In this document: positions 56,840-64,000 of the stretch, in pieces
Layout: each line of letters begins with the position of its first letter
Position numbering within the stretch: the stretch's first letter is position 1
From: Treponemataceae bacterium
Lineage (GTDB): Bacteria > Spirochaetota > Spirochaetia > Treponematales > Rectinemataceae
NCBI GenBank assembly: GCA_963678065.2
Contig: CAXXVZ010000003.1
Coordinates: forward strand, 2,240,001-2,304,000
Length of the DNA stretch: 64,000 bases
Direction: 5' to 3'
Translations under genes and position numbers: made by a program
Notes under the pieces: generated by a model
What the model was told of the DNA's origin: nothing
Database searches by the model: none
What the model saw: the letters and a program-made list of their open reading frames with translations, nothing else

Positions 56840-57667
56840 TCAAAACCCCAGCAATCCGAGCTTGTGCAATACAATTTCCTCGACCGCTTTCTTCGGCCTG
56901 GCGAGCAACTCCGTGTAGACATAATTATCCGGATTCTCGTTCAAGGACTCGCGCAGGGAACGGTTGAAGGCAATCCTGAGCGCCGTGCCGATGTTTACTT
57001 TGCAGACGTTTGTATTCCGCATCCTCACAATATCGGCATCCACGAGCCCGGTAGATCCGTGTATGACCAAGGGGATCGGAACGGCTTCCCCGATTCTTGA
57101 GAGGAGATCGAAGTCGATATGCGATGCCTGACGCTCCATCCTGTGAAGCGTCCCGACTGCGACGGCGACAGCGTCTATTCCCGTATCGCGTACGAATCGC
57201 GCAGTCTCTTCCGGATCTGAAAGCACGGCTTTGTGGGATGATGTACCAGAGTATGCGACTGAGCCTATCTCAGCCTCCACACTCACCCCTTTCTCCTTGG
57301 CCCTGGATACGATGTCGCGCGTCACCTCCACGTTCTGGTCGTACGGAAACTGGGAAGCATCTATCATCACGGAGGAGAAACCGGAATCGATCGCCTTTTG
57401 TATGTCCTCGACCCTGGTGGCATGGTCAAGATGAACACACACCGGTACGCTCGACCTTCTTGCCATTTCGCAGAGAAGCAATCCCCAGAGTCCGATATCC
57501 ATGAACGCCGTGGCCATGGACCCGATCTGGACTATCACAGGCGCTCCCAGTTTCTCCGCTGCGGTGATGATCGGCTGTGCATCGGCGTACGTCGTTGCAT
57601 TGAAAGCGCCTACGGCGGCGTCCCGGCTCATATATTGAGGCAGTAGTTTCGCGAGTGTGACCAGCAT
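56840..57667 (-). CDS. Second class II fructose/tagatose-bisphosphate aldolase-family protein
   Basis: GAFN, HLDH, SVMIDAS, EAEIG, GTLH, HGSTG, KVNIGT. Confidence 0.87.
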   Translation of the reverse strand: MLVTLAKLLPQYMSRDAAVGAFNATTYADAQPIITAAEKLGAPVIVQIGSMATAFMDIGLWGLLLCEMARRSSVPVCVHLDHATRVEDIQKAIDSGFSSVMIDASQFPYDQNVEVTRDIVSRAKEKGVSVEAEIGSVAYSGTSSHKAVLSDPEETARFVRDTGIDAVAVAVGTLHRMERQASHIDFDLLSRIGEAVPIPLVIHGSTGLVDADIVRMRNTNVCKVNIGTALRIAFNRSLRESLNENPDNYVYTELLARPKKAVEEIVLHKLGLLGF

Positions 57668-57754
57668 CTTCCGCTCCTATCCGGCATTCTCAACGATCCG
57701 TGATTCCAGGATCCCATCGGGGTGGACCTGTTCACGCACGCGACGACCATCCTC

Positions 57755-58429
57755 TCATAAATGGTCTCCAGTCAGATTCATCAATCCATTCAGGATGTTT
57801 TTCTCAACCGCGTCGATAAAAAGATCCTTATTATTGCTGATCAAGGCATCGATAATCGCTTTATGCTCCTCGAGACTTTTCTGGAGACGCCCTTTATTTT
57901 TGCATGATTCCAGTCCAAGAAGGTACGATTTATCCATTACATCATCGATGACATGGAGAAATTGTGAATTCTTCCTTATTGAGAGCAGATACTTGTGAAA
58001 GGAAAGGTCTTCTTTCATGAATCTTTTGCTGTCGGCCTTCTCGACGTACTCTTTCTGCTTTTCATAGGAGATCTTCAGGTTGGCGATGTCTTTTTCGGAA
58101 ACATAATCGAAGGCTCTCTTTGCGGAATATGTTTCTACCGCGGCTCTCAGTTCGTAAACCTCACGCGCGTCGATTATGGAGACTGAATTGATGACGACGC
58201 CCTGTTTCGGTATTATCGTCACCAATCTATCCCGTTCCAGCCTTTGACATGCGTTGGCCAACGGCGTCCTTGAGATATTGAGCTCCCTGGACATGGCAGC
58301 TATGCTGATGACCTCTCCCTGCCTGAGCTCGCCGCTTACGATCTTCTCCTTGAGAGTCACATAAGCGTCCTTCGTCAAACTGCTCTCTTCCTTCATGCCG
58401 ATCTGTTTGTCTTCCATTTCTCCGCTCAT
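57755..58429 (-). CDS. GntR-family regulator (FCD domain)
   Basis: AY..LKEKI, ISRTP, YELR, D.SFH, EEH. Confidence 0.9.
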   Translation of the reverse strand: MSGEMEDKQIGMKEESSLTKDAYVTLKEKIVSGELRQGEVISIAAMSRELNISRTPLANACQRLERDRLVTIIPKQGVVINSVSIIDAREVYELRAAVETYSAKRAFDYVSEKDIANLKISYEKQKEYVEKADSKRFMKEDLSFHKYLLSIRKNSQFLHVIDDVMDKSYLLGLESCKNKGRLQKSLEEHKAIIDALISNNKDLFIDAVEKNILNGLMNLTGDHL

Positions 58430-58521
58430 TTATTCATACGTAGAGACTCTCTGCCGATCGGGAACTCTACGAGCAAACGCTCGAACCATCAAGAATTATA
58501 ACCGCAATGACATTCCTGGTC

Positions 58522-59802
58522 TCAAAGCCGGGATATCTCCAGCGTGGCAAGCAGGAATTTCTCGATATCGAGAATATCGTTGCAGTGGAGAGGGGATACA
58601 CGGATGGCTCCGTCCAGACCGAATGAATTGAGCATTCTCTTCGAGTACAGACTGGTCGCGAGCCTGTCATATACGATGATGTTCCTTCTCTCGTACTCTC
58701 TGACAGCCTTTGTATAGCCGATATTCTTGAATCCGATCGCCATGATGAAATCCCTGATGGTAAGGTCGGGATTATCCAGGAATACAAGAACATTGTCCAT
58801 TTTCCTGAGTCCTGGCACCCCACCCGAACCGTCGAGCATCCTGGCCATGAGCGCCCGCTCGTGCAGCTTGATCCTCTCCATACCCGCGACGAACAATTCC
58901 CTTCGGGACTTCGAATCGGTAAAATGGCCGCCGACCCACGCAACATAGTTAACGATCTCCGTGATGACCGCGAACTGGGATGGGGCCGGGCTGCCCAAGG
59001 ACCAATCCTCGATGTTTTTTGCAGAAAGCTTATGATGAGGCAGTCTGGAAAGGCGCTCGGAGACATAGCCGATTCCGGAACCACGGCAGCCATAGAACTT
59101 GTATGGTGCGAAATTGATGCCGTCGACGGGCATTTTTTCCAAGTCGAGGATCCCGTGAGGAGCGTGTTGGACTGCGTCGCAGATAATGTACAAATCCGGC
59201 TTGACCGACCGGGCTTCCCGTACGATGGACTCCATGTCATAGATCGCGCCGGTTATGTTGGAGGCGTACATCACGCTGAGCAATACGGTGTCCTTGTCGA
59301 TCAGCTTGACGATCGAGTCGACGTCGACTCCGCCTGTATTGCGATTGCTCTGCGCCACCCGTAGCTCGCGACCCGTCTTCTGGGCATAGTATTCCATACA
59401 GTCATATGCCGACGGATGCTCCAGGACCGAAGTTACCATATTTTTGCCTGGCACGTTTTCCGCCACCGCGCGTACCATGTCGAACATGGTTTGGGACGCG
59501 GTAAGGTGGGTGAGGATGCTGCCGCCGGCGGGGGCATTGAAAATCAACCTCGTATCGTCCGTGCCATCGTCCTGAATTTTCTGGAGCTTCAGCGCCATCT
59601 TGTGGACGCGCTCCGGACAGTCAGGAACGGAGTCGACCTCGATCGCCCTCTCCACGGCCTTTTTGAGCCTGAAAGCCCCGCCTGCGTTGTCGAACATCAG
59701 TCTCTCGCCGATATCCGGATCCCTGTCCACATAAAGAAATTTGTCCTTGATCTCCCGCTGCAGGGTTTCGGGGAAGAGAATGCCTTCTGGATGGTTGGCC
59801 AT
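58522..59802 (-). CDS. Class V PLP-dependent enzyme (SufS-like fold)
   Basis: FDNAGG, LEHPS, ASNITG, DAVQ, PYKFYG, IRVS..H.N; start adjusted to ATG 59802. Confidence 0.85.
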   Translation of the reverse strand: MANHPEGILFPETLQREIKDKFLYVDRDPDIGERLMFDNAGGAFRLKKAVERAIEVDSVPDCPERVHKMALKLQKIQDDGTDDTRLIFNAPAGGSILTHLTASQTMFDMVRAVAENVPGKNMVTSVLEHPSAYDCMEYYAQKTGRELRVAQSNRNTGGVDVDSIVKLIDKDTVLLSVMYASNITGAIYDMESIVREARSVKPDLYIICDAVQHAPHGILDLEKMPVDGINFAPYKFYGCRGSGIGYVSERLSRLPHHKLSAKNIEDWSLGSPAPSQFAVITEIVNYVAWVGGHFTDSKSRRELFVAGMERIKLHERALMARMLDGSGGVPGLRKMDNVLVFLDNPDLTIRDFIMAIGFKNIGYTKAVREYERRNIIVYDRLATSLYSKRMLNSFGLDGAIRVSPLHCNDILDIEKFLLATLEISRL

Positions 59803-59833
59803 ATCGGATGCCTCCTTGGTTGATTTTACTAGC

Positions 59834-60841
59834 TCAAACAATGACTTCCCCCTCGCGGAGCAGGAATCTTCCGTCGACTTCGATGCTTGGTTTCTTGATA
59901 ACCATATCGAGATGGTATGCGCTCTCGATCGTCCCGAAGAAGCCGGTATTGCTTCCGAACCCGAAATGCATGGTCCCTGCACAACCTTCGTCTTCGAGCA
60001 TGCGCCCGTTGAGTTCGCACTTCGTGTTAAGCCCGATTCCGATTTCCCCGACGCAATATGCTTTTTCGTCGTTGAAATCCTTGAGGATCCTCGCGAGAGT
60101 TCGAGCCTGCGGCCCGCCGCTTATGTCGACGATTACGCTATTGTGTATCATCAGTTTTATCTCGTCGTGTATGAGGCCAAGCTGGGGATGGGGGATGCTT
60201 CCGTCGACGAATACGACGCCATTCGCCGTGCCTTCGATGGCGCCGATGGCGCACTCGATATCCGGCGGCGAAGAAGACGATCCCGGCACGAGACTTCGCC
60301 CGTACTGCGGCACGGTGGGTCTTCCGGCTATGTTCGCGGAAAACTCTGTTCCCCTTTCGGTAGCGACATGGATTCTCTGGCCCACCATCGCCTTTGACAT
60401 GCGCTCGCAGACCTTCCCCTCTTCGATGAAATCGGCGTACATTCCGCCTTTGCGAAGCATCGATGCGGTATAGTCCACCATGTTGACGAACCGGGCTCCT
60501 CCGGCCACCGCTTCTCTCCTCGCGCGGCTATGGAACAGTGAAAACTTCGTCGCTCCGAATATTACATCGGCCTTGGCCATAGCCTCGGCGACCACTCTGT
60601 TGGGATCTTGTCCGTGCATCGTCCGCTCATCCATCATGACGATCGACTTGTTGGGGAAATCACTCGCGACCGCCCACATCGTTTCAGCCACCTCGAGACT
60701 CGTGGGGTCGGTGACAATAAGGATATGTTCGTCCTTTCTGCAATTCGAACAGGTGGTCAACAGCACACGACAAGCCTGATGGCCCTCGCTATCCTGCTCT
60801 CCAACGAGTTTGCTGACGCTGCCCTCCGGATTTATCTGCAC
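59834..60841 (-). CDS. M29-like aminopeptidase / NicX-like metalloenzyme
   Basis: T..GT, DGSI, GEIGIGLN, LEDE, HFGFG.N, HLD. Confidence 0.75.
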   Translation of the reverse strand: MQINPEGSVSKLVGEQDSEGHQACRVLLTTCSNCRKDEHILIVTDPTSLEVAETMWAVASDFPNKSIVMMDERTMHGQDPNRVVAEAMAKADVIFGATKFSLFHSRARREAVAGGARFVNMVDYTASMLRKGGMYADFIEEGKVCERMSKAMVGQRIHVATERGTEFSANIAGRPTVPQYGRSLVPGSSSSPPDIECAIGAIEGTANGVVFVDGSIPHPQLGLIHDEIKLMIHNSVIVDISGGPQARTLARILKDFNDEKAYCVGEIGIGLNTKCELNGRMLEDEGCAGTMHFGFGSNTGFFGTIESAYHLDMVIKKPSIEVDGRFLLREGEVIV

Positions 60842-60845
60842 GGAT

Positions 60846-61550
60846 TTATCCTCCCAAATAGGCTTTTTTCACTTCTTCATTTTCGAGAAGCTCGGATCCG
60901 GTCCCTTCGATCACAGTCTCCCCGTTCTGGATCACATATGCGTAATCGCAGATCGCAAGCGTATCAACAGCATTCTGCTCAACCAGTACGACGGTCACTC
61001 CGCTCTTGCTGATCGTTTTGACAAACTCAAATATCTCGGCGACAAGTATAGGCATCAAGCCGAGAGAGGGCTCGTCGAGGATCAACAACTTGGGATTCGA
61101 CATCAATCCTCTTGCGATCGCCACCATCTGTTGTTCGCCCCCGGACAGGGTATCGGCCTGCTGCCGCAGCCTCTCCTTTACCCTCGGGAACAGAGTGAAG
61201 ACCTGTTCGAGTCGATCGCTGACAGTCTTCTTGTCCCTCGTCAAGTAAGCGCCCATCAGAAGGTTGTCTTTAACGGAAAGCTTTCCGAACAGATGGCGTC
61301 CTTCGGGGACCATGGATATGCCCAGTTCAGCTAGTTTGTAGGTAGGCATGCCCAGGATTGACTTCCCCTCGTAGAGAATGTCACCGCTCATGGCCTTTAC
61401 CGAACCTGTCACAGCCTTCAGGGTCGTTGTCTTCCCTGCCCCGTTGGATCCCAGAATTGCTATGATCTTTCCCTTGTCGACTTTGAACGAAACATCGTGG
61501 ACTACGGGCACACCACCGTATCCGGTTTTTAGGTTCTTCACTTCGAGCAT
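60846..61550 (-). CDS. Branched-chain amino acid-type ABC ATPase (LivF-like)
   Basis: GSNGAGKTT, VPEGR, LSGGEQQM, DEPSLGL, EQN. Confidence 0.93.
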   Translation of the reverse strand: MLEVKNLKTGYGGVPVVHDVSFKVDKGKIIAILGSNGAGKTTTLKAVTGSVKAMSGDILYEGKSILGMPTYKLAELGISMVPEGRHLFGKLSVKDNLLMGAYLTRDKKTVSDRLEQVFTLFPRVKERLRQQADTLSGGEQQMVAIARGLMSNPKLLILDEPSLGLMPILVAEIFEFVKTISKSGVTVVLVEQNAVDTLAICDYAYVIQNGETVIEGTGSELLENEEVKKAYLGG

Positions 61551-62266
61551 GTATTGCCCCTCAGGTATGCATTGATCACTGCCTCATTGCTGCAGACTTC
61601 AGTCGGCGTCCCCTCAAACAAGACCTTCCCCGATGTCAGCACTACTACGCGATTCGATACCTTCATCACTACATCCATGTTGTGCTCGATGGTAAGGATC
61701 GTGATCCCGGAATCGTTGATCCGTCTGATGAACTCCACAGAATCTTTGCGCTCCGTAGCCGTGAGCCCGGCCATGGTCTCATCGAGCAACAGGAGCTTTG
61801 GCTCCGTCGCCAATGCCCTGGCGATTTCCAGCCGTTTTTTCTGACCGACATTCAGTTTGCCCGCGCTTACTTCCCTCAGGTGAGTTATTTGGCTCTGCTC
61901 CATGATCGCATTCGCCAATGCCTCCGCCTTCTCCATGTCGCCATGGTGGCAGAGCGCCCCGACGAGCACGTTCTCGAATACCGTCAATTCATTGATCGAT
62001 TGCGGAATCTGGAATGTGCGGCCTATTCCCAGCTTGCATATCTGAAACGACTTCTTTCCGGAGATTTCCTGGCCGTCGAAAACTATCGTGCCCCTCGACA
62101 GTGGGTGGACGCCGCTGATCGAGTTGAACAATGTCGTCTTGCCGGCCCCGTTCGGCCCCACGATCCCTACTATCTCGCCTTCTGTGACGTCGAAAGTGAT
62201 GGCTTCGTTGGCGATCAGTCCGCCGAATTTTTTCGTGGCGTCATTGACCTCGAGAATCTTGTTCAT
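61538..62266 (-). CDS. Branched-chain amino acid-type ABC ATPase (LivG-like)
   Basis: FGGLIAN, GPNGAGKTT, RTFQ, LEIARAL, EHNM; start adjusted to ATG 62266. Confidence 0.92.
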   Translation of the reverse strand: MNKILEVNDATKKFGGLIANEAITFDVTEGEIVGIVGPNGAGKTTLFNSISGVHPLSRGTIVFDGQEISGKKSFQICKLGIGRTFQIPQSINELTVFENVLVGALCHHGDMEKAEALANAIMEQSQITHLREVSAGKLNVGQKKRLEIARALATEPKLLLLDETMAGLTATERKDSVEFIRRINDSGITILTIEHNMDVVMKVSNRVVVLTSGKVLFEGTPTEVCSNEAVINAYLRGNTCSK

Positions 62267-63255
62267 GCTGCCGTCCTTTCTCCGGCGCGTGGTTTCCCTG
62301 TCTTCTTCTTGATGAGGGAGAGCACGCCGTTGGGGAGGAACAATACAATGAAGATCACCAGGATGCCGTACAGGACCATGTCGAAACCACCGTACTTGCC
62401 GAGCTTCGCTCTTGAGTATTCGGATATGAACGTCAGTATGATGGCCCCTACGATGGGTCCTATGACCGTGCCCAATCCGCCCATGACAACGACCAATACA
62501 ATCATCATCGATACCTTCAGTGTCATCAGCATGGAGGGATCGATATACAGTATGAACTGCGCGTAGAGGCTCCCACCAAGGCTCACGATCCCTGCGCTCA
62601 GCATGTATGCGAGCATTTTGTACTTCGGCGTATCGATGCCCATGCTCTGAGCCGCCATCTCGTTGCCCTTGATCGCACGCAGGTAGTAACAAAATTTGGA
62701 TTTATCGAGATACTTCGTGAGCAGAAGCACGATGAGCGCGAAGCACAGGTATACATAATAGTATTGCAGATTGTTCTGGAACTGCATCGCGAATACTCGA
62801 TTGAGGTTCTTGTTGAAGAAGTAGACTCCGGTCGCCCCTCCGAGGGCTTTGGTGTTGAGGAATATTATTCGTGCGCATTCCGAGACCGCCATTGTGGCTA
62901 TCGCAAAAATATGGTCGCGCAAGCGCAGCAAGGGTTTTCCGATCAGGAACGCGATGATGACCGATATGAGCACGCCGATCCACATGGATATCCACGGAGT
63001 CAACTGGAACCATTGCATGGAGAGCGCGCAGGAATATGCCCCGAGCCCGAAGAAAAGCGAATGACCGTTGGAAATCTGCCCCGCGTAGCCGCCGATAAAG
63101 TTCCATCCCAGTCCCAGGATAGTCCATATGACCATCATCGTCATGACATGACGGGGAAAATTGCCGCTCAGCACCAAGGGGAGCGCGATGGCGGCCAGAA
63201 TAACCAGACCGATCAGAAGTACCTGGTTCTTTGTTCCGAAAATCGTTTTCCTCAT
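62263..63255 (-). CDS. Branched-chain amino acid-type ABC permease (LivM-like)
   Basis: GYAGQIS.GH..FFG.GAY, GGLGT..GP. Confidence 0.9.
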   Translation of the reverse strand: MRKTIFGTKNQVLLIGLVILAAIALPLVLSGNFPRHVMTMMVIWTILGLGWNFIGGYAGQISNGHSLFFGLGAYSCALSMQWFQLTPWISMWIGVLISVIIAFLIGKPLLRLRDHIFAIATMAVSECARIIFLNTKALGGATGVYFFNKNLNRVFAMQFQNNLQYYYVYLCFALIVLLLTKYLDKSKFCYYLRAIKGNEMAAQSMGIDTPKYKMLAYMLSAGIVSLGGSLYAQFILYIDPSMLMTLKVSMMIVLVVVMGGLGTVIGPIVGAIILTFISEYSRAKLGKYGGFDMVLYGILVIFIVLFLPNGVLSLIKKKTGKPRAGERTAA

Positions 63256-63259
63256 TCCA

Positions 63260-64000
63260 TCACCTCCCGAAAATCCCTTTTGGCCTGAAGGAAACGACGA
63301 CGATGAAAGCGACGCATACGCCGAGGTATTTGAAAGCGGTACTCAGGTAGACACCCGTGAAAGTATCGACGATCCCCATTATCAAGCCCCCGAGGAATGC
63401 GCCGGTGATGCTGCCGAAGCCGCCCATCGAAACCACGATAAAACCGAAAAGTTGAAAATTCGCTCCCACGCCGGGAAAAATGTAGTAGAAATACGTTAGC
63501 GCGCATCCCGCGGCTCCGGCGATCGCGCTCGCGAGCGAAAATGCGAGGGCGTACGAGCGCTCCGTATTGATTCCGACCAGCGCGGCGGCTTCCTTGTCCA
63601 TCGCCGTCGCCTTTATCGCCTTGCCTGTCCTGGTGTTGCCGAGGAAATAAAACATGCAGCCGGCTATGACCATGGCGGCAACGAACGGAACAAGCTTCTG
63701 CTTCGAGACCATGAGCCATCCCAGGTTGATCGTGCCTTTGAACGCGACGTTTCTTATCGTCTTGAATTCTCCACCCAGAAGAAGAAGTACCAGGTTTATC
63801 AACACCATGCTCAAGGCGAATGTGATCAATCGCTGCGACAGTACGGGACCTTTGAGAGCCTTGACGATTATCGTCTTGTAGATCACGTATCCGAACAGGA
63901 ACATCACGACCGCGCATATCGGAAGGGCGACGAGCGGATCCATCTTGAAGAATTTGTTGAGGTAGAAAGACAGGAACATTCCGATCATCAGGAACTCGCC
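63260..64000 (-). CDS. Branched-chain amino acid-type ABC permease (LivH-like), 5' end outside window
   Basis: TRTGKAIKA..D.EAA.LVGI, GGFGS..GA..GG, RPKGIFG. Confidence 0.9.
   Translation of the reverse strand, partial: GEFLMIGMFLSFYLNKFFKMDPLVALPICAVVMFLFGYVIYKTIIVKALKGPVLSQRLITFALSMVLINLVLLLLGGEFKTIRNVAFKGTINLGWLMVSKQKLVPFVAAMVIAGCMFYFLGNTRTGKAIKATAMDKEAAALVGINTERSYALAFSLASAIAGAAGCALTYFYYIFPGVGANFQLFGFIVVSMGGFGSITGAFLGGLIMGIVDTFTGVYLSTAFKYLGVCVAFIVVVSFRPKGIFGR

Noticed and set aside
1..64000. tRNA, rRNA, CRISPR-Cas, prophage or recognisable anti-phage defence operon
   Set aside because: None seen; DUF488 stands alone here, which is insufficient to call a defence system

Overview
Bacterial chromosomal window with a two-part structure. 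The gene content and style are compatible with an anaerobic, sugar-fermenting spirochaete-like organism, but that is inference only. Bases 1-27,930 are a GC-rich backbone: a beta-phosphoglucomutase/ABC/LacI/GH65 alpha-glucoside locus; a eukaryote-like N-terminal glutamine amidohydrolase (NTAQ1/WDYHV); a BioYMN-type ECF transporter; a nucleoside deaminase behind a strongly structured leader RNA; LplA; an SH3-M48-CHASE2 adenylate cyclase trio; sbcB-slyX; a PHP phosphatase; MarR-MFS; and a FadR-controlled GlpA-like/oxidoreductase/DUF1667/FGGY-kinase/AGPS-like operon. From about 28,100 onward is a lower-GC mosaic accessory region with three parts. The first is an AraC-controlled sugar ABC operon with epoxide hydrolase, DapA-like aldolase, UroD-like protein, lyxose isomerase, UxaA, GarR and DUF1537 kinase, plus several gene remnants. 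The second is an AT-rich array of four small co-oriented genes separated by attC-like hairpins with no integrase (CALIN-like), hit by an intact IS630 and an IS256 remnant. The third is a long minus-strand operon joining clear E. coli ydjG/H/I/J/L homologues to a LIV-type ABC transporter, an M29-like peptidase, a class V PLP enzyme without the desulfurase Cys, extra kinase/aldolases and an atypical transketolase. No rRNA, tRNA or CRISPR array was seen. All product calls come from motif recognition by eye; no database search was run, and GC statements are visual estimates.
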